Part shown: positions 47,307 through 56,401 of the stretch, piece by piece
How the letters are laid out: each line of letters opens with the position of its first letter
Position numbering within the stretch: position 1 is the stretch's first letter
Notes under the pieces: generated by a model
Told to the model about the DNA's origin: nothing
Databases searched by the model: none
The model's input: the letters and a program-made list of their open reading frames with translations, nothing else
Program-made: the position numbers and the translations under genes
Assembly: GCA_038882975.1 (NCBI GenBank)
Contig: JAVZNE010000001.1
Location: 96,001-160,000 of the forward strand
Direction of reading: 5' to 3'
DNA from: Candidatus Bathyarchaeia archaeon
GTDB lineage: Archaea; Thermoproteota; Bathyarchaeia; Bathyarchaeales; Bathycorpusculaceae
DNA: 64,000 bases

Positions 47307-47702
47307 TTGAAACCACCATGTGTAATCGTAGTGAAATATCTTCTTCCGGCAATAAGAGTGCTGGTAACAAAAGAGCTTATCGAAAAACACAACATGAGAA
47401 AAATAGAGGCTTCTGAAAAGATGGAGCTAACCCCAGCGGCTATAACCCAATATTTTAAAGGTGAAAGAGGAGCAACGCTCACAAACGAAATAGCTCAGTC
47501 CGAAGAGGCCATGAAAATGGTATCAAAGTTGGCTGAAACCCTCGCCAGAAAAGACGCAACACCAGAAAGCGTCATAGAGAAACTCTGCGAAATATGTGCC
47601 ACCATAAGATATGAAGGGGTTATCTGCAAACTTCATCAAGAAGACTTGCCAACCCTCAAAGAATGCAGGTGTGCCACATGCTATTCCTCGCCAGAAACCT
47701 AA
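47307..47702 (+). CDS. HTH transcriptional regulator with Cys-rich C-terminus (COG2522-like)
   Basis: PC.IV...LPAIR, LTPAAITQYFKGERG and CEIC...CKLH...C..C motifs. Confidence 0.82.
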   Translation: MKPPCVIVVKYLLPAIRVLVTKELIEKHNMRKIEASEKMELTPAAITQYFKGERGATLTNEIAQSEEAMKMVSKLAETLARKDATPESVIEKLCEICATIRYEGVICKLHQEDLPTLKECRCATCYSSPET

Positions 47703-47716
47703 ACTGAAGCTCTAAT

Positions 47717-47899
47717 TTACCGTTTTACTGTCACTACAGCCTTCATTTGCCTTCGCTCTTTCTCAACCTTGACGATTCTCACCCTTATTTTGCTTAAAAG
47801 CTCCTTTATCATTTTTCTGGCTTCTTCCCTTGTTTGATATTTTCCGCTGAGCTCAATCCATGGCAGTGTTTCGTCAATTTTTACCCATATGGCATACAA
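47717..47899 (-). CDS. Small hypothetical protein
   Basis: 60 aa, TTG start preceded by GGTG; protein-like composition. Confidence 0.5.
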   Translation of the reverse strand: MYAIWVKIDETLPWIELSGKYQTREEARKMIKELLSKIRVRIVKVEKERRQMKAVVTVKR

Positions 47900-48307
47900 T
47901 ATTTTTCACCGTTGCACTGCGAATTTAGAGGCTAGCTAATTAAAACAGTTATGAATTTTGGATATGGATTTTGTATTCGCGGAAAAATAATTAAGGGAGT
48001 TGCTCACATTTTTAGAGGTTTGGGAGCGATATAGAAGGTGGAGTTTAAGGGCACACTGGAAAAAGCCGCTTTGAAGGAGTGCCTATGGATGCAGAACGCC
48101 GGAGAAAGCCAAGAAGGCGAAAATGATGAAACTAGCCAACAGCACGCCAAAAGAACAAATCAGAAATCTTCAGTTGCACAGCCATGTCCATCAAAAATTC
48201 TACTTAAAGCAATACAACCATAAGCCAAAACGTTCTCATTCCACGACCGACTTTTGCCTTATTCCGCCCCTTTTCCACTGTTCGCGAGAGCTTTTGGAGG
48301 TTAGTTT

Positions 48308-49510
48308 ATGGTTTTGAAGGCTAAACCGCGATTCGCCGAAACCCTAAAGCAGTCAGTGATGGCTTACGCCTTTAATATTTTTGGGATAGCCGCCGGAACA
48401 ATAATCGCCTATTATTCTGAACTTTTTGCAGAAGCGCCATGGGCGGTTGTAATTTATCCACCAATCCTCAGCGCCCGTGGAGTTATAGGCGGCTTATTTT
48501 GTGGACGCCTAAGTACAGGCCTACACCTTGGAACTATTCAACCACGCCTTTTTAGAAACACTAAAAGTTTCTATCTACTATTCCAAGCAATTGTGATTAT
48601 GACTTTTGAAGCAAGCCTCATGATGAGCCTAATTGCAGCTCTTTTAAACGGCTTTGGAGAATCTTTGCGTTTGATAAACGTTTTTATGGCTACAATGGCT
48701 TTGGCGCTGATTGTTATTTCCCCACTGACGCTGACGGTTTCCTTCATCTCCTTCAAGCATGGACTTGACCCAGACATAATCTTATACCCGATAGAATCAA
48801 CAGTGGCAGACCTCCTCATAACATCAATTTATATTACAGTGCTAGGTCTTTTCCTCACTAACAGTTTTCTTTGGGGTTATGTCTTCACTTTTATAAGTTT
48901 AGCACTGCTGTTAACCTCCGCATTCTTCCTCGTTAAAAATGCGAAGGAGCCAGAATTCATTAAAACTTTAAAAGAATCCCTATTAACACTTGTTTTAGTC
49001 TCTTTTATAGTCAATGTTGCCGGAGCCACCTTAGGCAAGGTGGAAGAACTCATACGCGGGAAAAAGCTTAGCCAAGTCTACGTTGTTTATCCAGCGTTAA
49101 TTGACACTATAGGTGACGTGGGAGCTGTTGTAGGCTCAACAGCCACAACAAAACTTGCCCTTGGAACACTTAAAGCATCATTTTCCTCCATGAAAAGCCA
49201 TTTTATGGAGATTTCAGGCGCGTGGGCAGCATCATTAATAATGTATTTTGCCTATTCAGTCTTAGCCTTACTAATAACTGGCACATTTGCTCCAATAAGC
49301 CTTGCAGCTTTTACGTTTTTCCTTTTCACAGTCAACATTTTCGCCGCTTCCCTAATAATTTTGGTTTCCTATTCCGTTGCCATCCTAACCTATCAAAGAG
49401 GTTTAGACCCTGACAACTTTGAAATTCCAATAGAGAGTTCCCTCGCAGATAGCATAACAACAATTTCGCTTCTTGTGGCACTTGTCTTGTGGGCTGGAAT
49501 ATTAGCTTAA
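48308..49510 (+). CDS. MgtE-type divalent cation transporter membrane protein (internally duplicated)
   Basis: Two repeats: GRLSTGLHLG...GLDPD and TTKLALG...GLDPDN. Confidence 0.88.
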   Translation: MVLKAKPRFAETLKQSVMAYAFNIFGIAAGTIIAYYSELFAEAPWAVVIYPPILSARGVIGGLFCGRLSTGLHLGTIQPRLFRNTKSFYLLFQAIVIMTFEASLMMSLIAALLNGFGESLRLINVFMATMALALIVISPLTLTVSFISFKHGLDPDIILYPIESTVADLLITSIYITVLGLFLTNSFLWGYVFTFISLALLLTSAFFLVKNAKEPEFIKTLKESLLTLVLVSFIVNVAGATLGKVEELIRGKKLSQVYVVYPALIDTIGDVGAVVGSTATTKLALGTLKASFSSMKSHFMEISGAWAASLIMYFAYSVLALLITGTFAPISLAAFTFFLFTVNIFAASLIILVSYSVAILTYQRGLDPDNFEIPIESSLADSITTISLLVALVLWAGILA

Positions 49511-49589
49511 ACATGCTCCAAAATAGCCTTTGGGATAAGAGTTAAAATATTTAGCTGCTAAATATTGTGGTCGGAGAGCCCAAAGCGCT

Positions 49590-50198
49590 ATGCCTCCCTT
49601 TGAAAAAATCGAGTATAAGCCCGTGACAGTGAGGGAAGTTCTCCGTGAAATGAAAAACCTCTCTGAACTAATGATTGACTTGGCTTATTCTGCTGCTCTC
49701 TTCAATGACAAAGACTTGGCTGAAGACGTTTTGGAACTGGAAAAACGCATAGACACGCTGGCTTACCATCTGGAAATGGTGACCATGGTGGCTGCAAGAG
49801 ACGCAAAAGACGCAGAAGCACTTGTCGGAGTTTCAAAAGTGGCTGCCGCTGCAGACAAAATTTCAGACGCCGCCGCAGACATAGCGGCGATAGTAACCCA
49901 AAATATAGGCGTGCACCCCATCGTGGGTGAAATTTTTGAAAGAGTTGAAGAACGTTTAGCAAAAGCCAAAGTGCACGAAGAATCGGTTTTAGTTGGAAAG
50001 GAGATAGGCGAGCTTGAACTAGCCCCTAGAATGGGAATAGACATAATCGCCATATTCAGAGAAAACGACTGGATAATAAACCCAAAAGAAAACGAGAAGG
50101 TTAAAGCTGGTGACATCCTCATAGCCCGCGGCACCCACGAAGGATTAAGAGAGCTTAAAGAAATCTGCGAAGGAAAACTTGACAAACTGGAGGACTAA
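49590..50198 (+). CDS. PhoU-like + TrkA_C (RCK_C) domain protein
   Basis: MKNLSELMIDLAYSA...ISDAA helical bundle plus C-terminal RCK_C. Confidence 0.85.
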   Translation: MPPFEKIEYKPVTVREVLREMKNLSELMIDLAYSAALFNDKDLAEDVLELEKRIDTLAYHLEMVTMVAARDAKDAEALVGVSKVAAAADKISDAAADIAAIVTQNIGVHPIVGEIFERVEERLAKAKVHEESVLVGKEIGELELAPRMGIDIIAIFRENDWIINPKENEKVKAGDILIARGTHEGLRELKEICEGKLDKLED

Positions 50199-50200
50199 TC

Positions 50201-50779
50201 ATGGCAGGGAAAAGCCAGAAGAAATTTGAGGAAATCGTCGCACGCTTTGTAGAGCTTAAAGACACATCCGAACTAATGATTGACCTGGCTTATTCATCGC
50301 TTCTTCTAAACAGCAAGGAGCTAGCCGAAGAAGTACAAAAACTCGAAGAATATGTGGACAAGCTACACACAGAATTTGAGCTACTAGTCTTGTCCAGCAA
50401 ATTCAAAAAAGAGGAAGCTAAAGGCTTTTTAGGGCTGATAAGGCTTGGCGTCGTCACAGAGAAGATAGCCGACGCGGCTGCACAAATAGCCGAGGTTGTT
50501 TTAAGAGGCATAGAACCCCACCCAGTGCTGGCACTAGCCATAGAAGAAGCTGAAGAGACAATAACATACGCGAAGGTAGCGGAAAACTCGCCCTTAGTAA
50601 ATAAGACTTTGCGAGAGGCTAAAATCCCAGAGGAAACAGGCATGTGGGTTCTAGCCATAAAGAGGGGAGACAAATGCATACGTCCAAAGCCAGAAACCCG
50701 AATCCAGGTGGGCGATATTCTAATTGCTTCGGGCTATGCTGAAGGCGAAGAGGATCTCAAAAAACTTGCAGTTCCATAA
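50201..50779 (+). CDS. PhoU-like + TrkA_C (RCK_C) domain protein (paralog)
   Basis: LKDTSELMIDLAYSS...IADAA and ETGMWVLAIKRG...GDILIASG. Confidence 0.85.
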   Translation: MAGKSQKKFEEIVARFVELKDTSELMIDLAYSSLLLNSKELAEEVQKLEEYVDKLHTEFELLVLSSKFKKEEAKGFLGLIRLGVVTEKIADAAAQIAEVVLRGIEPHPVLALAIEEAEETITYAKVAENSPLVNKTLREAKIPEETGMWVLAIKRGDKCIRPKPETRIQVGDILIASGYAEGEEDLKKLAVP

Positions 50780-50873
50780 CATTATTTTGGAAAGGTTAGT
50801 TAGGATAAGTATTCTGGATTCATCAACACTATAAACTCGAAGTTCAATTCTAATTCTAAAGGAGGAATAGTCC

Positions 50874-51260
50874 ACGAAGAAGAGGGAAGATTCCACAGAA
50901 AACAAAAGCCACACATGCCCAAATCCCTTATGCGGGAAAAACTTCGTAAACCCAATAACGGTTGAAAACGTTGGAAACGGCGCTGTCTATGAGGCATGCC
51001 CCTACTGCCTAACAGAAATAACAGTTGAAAAACCAGTCCTCATATCCGCCACCGAGCAAAAAACTCTGAAAGAAGAAATCAGAGCTGAGGAAAAACCACT
51101 GGCGAAGAAAGAACATGCCATTCAGATTGTTCCAGAGAAAACTGAATGTAAACATTATTTTGGGTATTTGAGCCAGCGCTCATCAAAAGAGAGCGTTCCA
51201 GAAGAGTGTATTGTCTGCGAAAAAATAGTGCAGTGCATGCTAAAAACCGTAACAGGGTAG
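50874..51260 (+). CDS. Cys-rich double zinc-binding protein, paralog of 43816-44196; no canonical start (ACG proposed)
   Basis: Missing from the ORF track. Open frame reads ...HTCPNPLCGKNF...YEACPYCLTEI...ECKHYFGYL...PEECIVCEKIVQCM. GGAGG at 50861-50865, in-frame TAG at 50868, ACG at 50874. Confidence 0.7.
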   Translation, partial: TKKREDSTENKSHTCPNPLCGKNFVNPITVENVGNGAVYEACPYCLTEITVEKPVLISATEQKTLKEEIRAEEKPLAKKEHAIQIVPEKTECKHYFGYLSQRSSKESVPEECIVCEKIVQCMLKTVTG

Positions 51261-51335
51261 GTTGTTTGCCAATGATACACACACCTTCTTTTAAACATTC
51301 TAAACACCTTTAAAGATGAGTAGGAGACTCCATAA

Positions 51336-51707
51336 TTGTCAGCGGTTCTTCAGAAAAAGGCTCCAGGCGTCGTTACCCCAGCGGCACAGATGAAGAGGCT
51401 TAACGCCGAATCAGTCACAACCATCGCAACAAGCTTCCTCAAAAGGATAGGTCACAAGGGGGGCGTAAAGCCGAAAAGAGTTTCATTGGAAGAGGGAATA
51501 TACACCGTCGAGGTGGAAATGAAGAAGCTCACAGCCGTAATCCACGTGGACGCCGAAACTCAGGAGATAACATCATATGAGATTCAGCCAAAAGGCGAAG
51601 AGGGAGCCCTCACATCTTTCTCGCCAAAAATAATTCTGCTGATTTTCGTTATAGCTGCGGTAATTAACGTTGCTTTACACTTCGCATTTAAAATGTTGGG
51701 ATTGTAA
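51336..51707 (+). CDS. Small membrane-anchored protein (PepSY-like)
   Basis: YTVEV...IHVDAETQEI and a C-terminal TM. Confidence 0.55.
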   Translation: MSAVLQKKAPGVVTPAAQMKRLNAESVTTIATSFLKRIGHKGGVKPKRVSLEEGIYTVEVEMKKLTAVIHVDAETQEITSYEIQPKGEEGALTSFSPKIILLIFVIAAVINVALHFAFKMLGL

Positions 51708-51711
51708 GGCA

Positions 51712-52077
51712 CTACTTTTTGGTTTTGCCCTTTCCCTTCTCCTCTTTCTTCTCTTCTGTTTCAGCAGCCTCTGTAGACTCTTTAGCAGCTTCCTCTTTCT
51801 TCTCCTCTTCTTCGATCTCGCTTGTTATCTCTTCTATGGGTTTTGGCGGAGGCGTCGTAGCCATCGTCCAGCCAATCCAGGCGCCAATACCCATTATGGC
51901 TATGAAGGCTATAAACACTGGAATTGCAATGAGCCAAAATCGAACATTGTCTGTCGTACCCCCTAAGCCTAAATTAACAATCCAATCTGGATAGAACAGC
52001 GTTATTACGTAGAATATTGCTATTATGAGGCATATGATGAATATTGCTCCCCCTATTGATTGATCTTTGCTTACCAT
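51712..52077 (-). CDS. Two-TM membrane protein with charged tail (DPM2/PIG-P-like pattern)
   Basis: KDQSIG-TM1-Y...RFWLIAIP-TM2-WIGWTMATTPPPKP, then an E/K-rich tail. Confidence 0.7.
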   Translation of the reverse strand: MVSKDQSIGGAIFIICLIIAIFYVITLFYPDWIVNLGLGGTTDNVRFWLIAIPVFIAFIAIMGIGAWIGWTMATTPPPKPIEEITSEIEEEEKKEEAAKESTEAAETEEKKEEKGKGKTKK

Positions 52078-52155
52078 TTACATATCACCACACAAAGCCT
52101 TGTTTATTGTTTATTTTCCTTTTAAAGTTTACCATGTAATACGATATATAAGATG

Positions 52156-53412
52156 TTAAGTTGTGCCCATCTCCCATTCCGTCAAATACTTTTTCTGCTC
52201 CTCTGTCAGCTCATCTATTTTTACGCCGATTGCCTCAAGTTTAAGCCTCGCTACAGCTTCGTCTATTTCCCTCGGAACTGGATACACTTTAGGCCGCATC
52301 CTCTCGCCTTTAACAAGGTATTCGACGCTTAAGGCTTGATTTGCAAAGGACATATCCATAACTTCGGACGGATGTCCCTCAGCAGCCGCCAGGTTTACAA
52401 GTCTCCCTTCGGCTAGCAAATAAAGCCTCCTACCATCTTTTAACACGTATTCGCCAAGGTTTGGTCTAACAGCCCTTTTCGAGGCTGCCAGTTCTTCAAG
52501 GTCTTTTAGGCTTATTTCAACGTTGAAGTGGCCACTGTTGGCGAGGATGGCCCCATCCCGCATCTTCTCCATATGCTCTTTCCTAATGACGTTTATGTCG
52601 CCAGTTGTTGTTAGGAAAATGTCACCTATCTTGGCTGCCTCGCTTATGGGCATTACTCGGAAACCATCCATGACAGCTTCAAGAGCCCTTAAGGGGTTTA
52701 CTTCCGTCACTACGACGTTAGCGCCCATCCCTCTTGCCCGCATTGCTACACCTCTGCCACACCAACCATAGCCACAGACAACAAAGTTTTTACCAGCCAA
52801 GAGAATGTTTGTCGCTCTTAAAATGCCGTCTATTGTGCTTTGCCCAGTTCCATAACGGTTGTCGAACAAATATTTTGTGTAGGCGTCGTTAACCGCTATT
52901 ATCGCGTATTTTAGGGTTCCAGACCTTTCCATGGCCCTAAGCCTCAAAACGCCTGTTGTTGTCTCTTCAGTGCCTCCTTTAACATTTGGTAATGCGTCTG
53001 TTCTTTTGCTGTGGATTGTGCTTACTAAGTCTGCCCCGTCGTCCAATGTTATTAGGGGTTTTTGGTCTATGACCCTTTCAATGCACCAGTAGTATTCGTC
53101 TGTTGTTTGACCACGCCACGCGTAAACGTGAACACCCTTCTCCGCTAGTGCTGCCGCAACCTCATCTTGTGTTGAAAGCGGGTTAGAGCCGCAAAGAGCA
53201 ACTTTCGCGCCTCCAGCTAGGAAAACGTCAACCAGCACTGCTGTCTCCTTTGTTACGTGTAAGCATGCGCCGAGCACAACGCCTTTTAAGGGTTTTTCCT
53301 CGCTGAACCTTTTCCTAATCTGGTTTAGAACAGGCATGTGTCTTGAAGCCCATTCTATTTGCAGAACTCCTTTCGGTGCTAGGCTTTCATCCTTAACTTT
53401 AAAGTTTGCCAT
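52156..53412 (-). CDS. ahcY: S-adenosylhomocysteine hydrolase
   Basis: [46 protein letters not shown] and AEGHP motifs. Confidence 0.96.
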   Translation of the reverse strand: MANFKVKDESLAPKGVLQIEWASRHMPVLNQIRKRFSEEKPLKGVVLGACLHVTKETAVLVDVFLAGGAKVALCGSNPLSTQDEVAAALAEKGVHVYAWRGQTTDEYYWCIERVIDQKPLITLDDGADLVSTIHSKRTDALPNVKGGTEETTTGVLRLRAMERSGTLKYAIIAVNDAYTKYLFDNRYGTGQSTIDGILRATNILLAGKNFVVCGYGWCGRGVAMRARGMGANVVVTEVNPLRALEAVMDGFRVMPISEAAKIGDIFLTTTGDINVIRKEHMEKMRDGAILANSGHFNVEISLKDLEELAASKRAVRPNLGEYVLKDGRRLYLLAEGRLVNLAAAEGHPSEVMDMSFANQALSVEYLVKGERMRPKVYPVPREIDEAVARLKLEAIGVKIDELTEEQKKYLTEWEMGTT

Positions 53413-53447
53413 TAAATCGCCTTCCGCTATGCCATTTCCACCAACAA

Positions 53448-54803
53448 TTATTTAACGTTGCGCCTAAGCCTTTCCAAAAGGCTATTTTTGGCTTTCTCCA
53501 CCATTTCCATAACCTTCTCAATATTTAATGTTGTTAGGCGTCTGTTTTCCATCACTATTTTTCCGTTTATTATGACGGTTTCAACATCCGCCGATTTTGC
53601 AGTATAAACAAGATGGCTAAACTCATTATAGAGTGGGCATAGATGCGGCTTATCAAAGTTTATGATGGCTAAATCAGCCTTTTTCCCCACTTCTATTGAG
53701 CCTATCTCATTCTCCCAGCAAAGAGCCCTAGCCCCATCCAAAGTTGCCATTTTCAAAACTTGCTGGGCAGACATTACTGTCGGATTTCCGCTTACCCCTT
53801 TATGGAGTATGGCTGCCACCTTCATAACCTCAAACATGTCCGCAGCATTATTGGAACATGGACTGTCTGTGCCAAGCGAGACCGTTACGCCTTGTTCCAG
53901 CATTTTTGGAACGGGACTTATGCCTGAAGCAAGCTTAAGATTTGAAATTGGGTTGTGGGAGACCTTAACGCCTCTGGCTTTCATTAACGCCATATCATCG
54001 TTCGTTAGTGCCACACAGTGCGCTGCGATAACACGCTCGTCTAAAACGCCCAAAGAGTCCAAATACTCCATTATGCCGCCTTTAACATCAACATTGAAGG
54101 CTTTCCGTATCTTGTCAGCCTCGTCAAATGTTTCTGCCACATGAATGTGCCACATAATTGGCGCCTTTTCAGAACCATACTTCCCATCGAGTTCCTCGCG
54201 TAAAGCCTTCAGCTCCTTCATATATTCTGGGTCAACGGTGTAAGGCGCGTGGGGGTCAACACTTACGCGGATAAGCCCCCCAGCCTTATTATGCCAGTTT
54301 TTGGCTAAGTCTTCCAACGCTCTTCTATCCTCATCCTTCCTCCATGAAAAGCAAACATGCCCAACAACGCCTCTGACACCAGCATCTACAAAAGCTTTCG
54401 CCTCATTCTCCCCTGGCATGTAATGGTACATCGTGTTAACGGTTGTTGTACCGCCCATTATGGATTCTACAGCCGTCAGCAAGCTGCCAACATAAATGTC
54501 TTCAGCGGTCATCAACGCTTCTATGGGCCATATCCATTTTTCAAGCCACTCTTGAAGGGGTAAATCGTCGGCATAACCCCTCAAAAGGCTCATGGCTGCA
54601 TGTTGGTGAGTGTTTATAAGCCCTGGAATCACAACCTTTCCTTTGGCGTTTATCTTCTCATAGCCAATTGCATATTTACGAAGTATCGGCTCAGTTTTCC
54701 CAACATCAACTATTGTCCCGTTTTCTATAGCTATGGCACCGTCGCGAATTATTTCATCCCTTCGCATCGTGACTACGGTTCCGCTGTGGATTAGAATGTT
54801 CAA
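53448..54803 (-). CDS. mtaD: 5'-methylthioadenosine/S-adenosylhomocysteine (5'-deoxyadenosine) deaminase
   Basis: [39 protein letters not shown] and LGTD motifs. Start trimmed to TTG 54803. Confidence 0.88.
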   Translation of the reverse strand: MNILIHSGTVVTMRRDEIIRDGAIAIENGTIVDVGKTEPILRKYAIGYEKINAKGKVVIPGLINTHQHAAMSLLRGYADDLPLQEWLEKWIWPIEALMTAEDIYVGSLLTAVESIMGGTTTVNTMYHYMPGENEAKAFVDAGVRGVVGHVCFSWRKDEDRRALEDLAKNWHNKAGGLIRVSVDPHAPYTVDPEYMKELKALREELDGKYGSEKAPIMWHIHVAETFDEADKIRKAFNVDVKGGIMEYLDSLGVLDERVIAAHCVALTNDDMALMKARGVKVSHNPISNLKLASGISPVPKMLEQGVTVSLGTDSPCSNNAADMFEVMKVAAILHKGVSGNPTVMSAQQVLKMATLDGARALCWENEIGSIEVGKKADLAIINFDKPHLCPLYNEFSHLVYTAKSADVETVIINGKIVMENRRLTTLNIEKVMEMVEKAKNSLLERLRRNVK

Positions 54804-54805
54804 TT

Positions 54806-55000
54806 TTAGTATCCCCTCCGCCTTTTTGAACATGCAACTATTAGGAGGGTTATGCCAGCCGTGAAAAATATTGCCTCAAAAAACTCGTGATGAAGCATGT
54901 CAGCCAAGTCGAAAGGTCTCTGCCAGAAAATGATATGATGAATGATTAGCAAGAGCCCAACGGCGATTAAAAATGCACCTATGGCTTCTGTTTTATCCAT
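54806..55000 (-). CDS. Small two-TM protein
   Basis: Hydrophobic 64-aa ORF with HHEFFE motif, directly upstream of mtaD. Confidence 0.55.
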   Translation of the reverse strand: MDKTEAIGAFLIAVGLLLIIHHIIFWQRPFDLADMLHHEFFEAIFFTAGITLLIVACSKRRRGY

Positions 55001-55151
55001 AAACCTTCACATTGCCAGTCCTAAACGTGTTTAGTTTTGCATTCTAAAGAACTTTTAAACTTTCTTGCTCCGCCACTCATGTCAAGCGTGTTTTCGCTAA
55101 ACTTATAATGCGTATCAGCCTCTATGTTCTGCTGGACAATGAGGGAAAGTT

Positions 55152-55742
55152 TTGCCAAACACACAAAAGTTTCGTGTAATAAAGCCTGAAATCCGCGTTT
55201 TAGGAGTTGACGATGGAATATTTAAACCCCACACAAAAGGCTTAGTGCCTGTTGTTGGCGTTGTTTTCCGTGGCGGATACTGGCTAGACGGGGTTATGCA
55301 CACAAAAGTTAGGGTTGACGGATTTGAAGCCACAAGAAAAATAGCATCCATGATAAAGGGTTCCCCCCACTATGAGCAGTTGAGAGTTATAATGCTTAAC
55401 GGCGTAACCATCGCGGGCTTCAATGTAGTAGACATTAAAAGGCTTAACGCGGACACTGAACTCCCGGTAATAGCCGTTACACGGGATAAACCAAACTTTG
55501 ACGAAATCTACGAAGCCCTAAAAAAGCTTCCAAAAAGCGAGGAGCGTTGGAAAGCCATACTTAACGCTGGCGAACTTTACGAAGTGCCTATACGGGGCGG
55601 GAAAGGCAAGATTTACATGCAAACAGCGGGTATTTCGGAAGAAGATGCGAGAAAAATTCTGCAGTTGACATCGACCCGGAGCTACATACCCGAGGCACTC
55701 CGCGTTGCACACTTGATTGCATCAGGGCTTAGCACGATATAG
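55152..55742 (+). CDS. DUF99 / endonuclease V-like (endonuclease dU) protein
   Basis: RVLGVDDG, VDG, GFNVVD and PEALRVAHLIA motifs. Confidence 0.88.
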   Translation: MPNTQKFRVIKPEIRVLGVDDGIFKPHTKGLVPVVGVVFRGGYWLDGVMHTKVRVDGFEATRKIASMIKGSPHYEQLRVIMLNGVTIAGFNVVDIKRLNADTELPVIAVTRDKPNFDEIYEALKKLPKSEERWKAILNAGELYEVPIRGGKGKIYMQTAGISEEDARKILQLTSTRSYIPEALRVAHLIASGLSTI

Positions 55743-55822
55743 CACTAATCCTAATTGTCAAAAGAAAAAGTTTAAAAGACACCAAAGCATGGGAAAACAA
55801 ACGGAAACCGGAGTTCAAAACA

Positions 55823-56176
55823 ATGGAATTTTGCCCAAAATGCGGAACCCGCCTCGTGCCAAAGAAGGCAAAATCTGAGAAAAAGGAATCTCTTACGCTT
55901 GTCTGCCCAAAATGCGGCTACAAAAAGCGCATAGTAAGCGAAAAAGCCACACCAAAAGTTGCAAAAATCATCCAGCACAACCCACAACAACAAGTCGCCG
56001 TAATAAGCAAGGAAGAACAAAAACTCAGAACCCTCCCAACGGTCCGAATCGAATGCCCAAAATGCGGAAACAACACGGCTTATGTATGGCAAGTGCAAAC
56101 TCGCGGGGCGGATGAATCCTCAACCCAGTTCCTCCGCTGCACAAAATGTGGCTACACATTCAGAGAATATTCATAA
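55823..56176 (+). CDS. tfs: Transcription factor S
   Basis: MEFCPKCG...CPKCG...CPKCGN...QTRGADES.TQFLRCTKCG, with the acidic DE hairpin intact. Confidence 0.93.
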   Translation: MEFCPKCGTRLVPKKAKSEKKESLTLVCPKCGYKKRIVSEKATPKVAKIIQHNPQQQVAVISKEEQKLRTLPTVRIECPKCGNNTAYVWQVQTRGADESSTQFLRCTKCGYTFREYS

Positions 56177-56188
56177 ACATTTTAGAAA

Positions 56189-56382
56189 TTATATCAGCAA
56201 TTCTACCCCATAAATCGCCATGACACTTCCAAGCACTAGAAGCACAATCGCAATAGGAATTGATAGAACGCCAAGGTCTGGAAAACTATATAGTTTCAAA
56301 TACCAAATGACAATGCTCAATACTACCAAGATTACGCCAACAAGAGTGATGACAACTCCTTTTGGATTTTGGTGAAATCCAT
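56189..56382 (-). pseudogene. Possible frameshifted small two-TM protein
   Basis: Frame YGFHQNPKGVVITLVGVILVVLSIVIWY...IAIVLLVLGSVMAIYGVELLI* is bounded upstream by TAG. The ATG at 56382 is one base out of frame. Confidence 0.35.
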
Positions 56383-56401
56383 ACTTATACTATTATTAAA
56401 T

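Noticed and set aside
50868-50870. In-frame TAG before start-less ORFs (here and near 56390) as pyrrolysine recoding
   Set aside because: No pyl genes are present, there is no upstream coding continuation, and TAG terminates several normal genes here.
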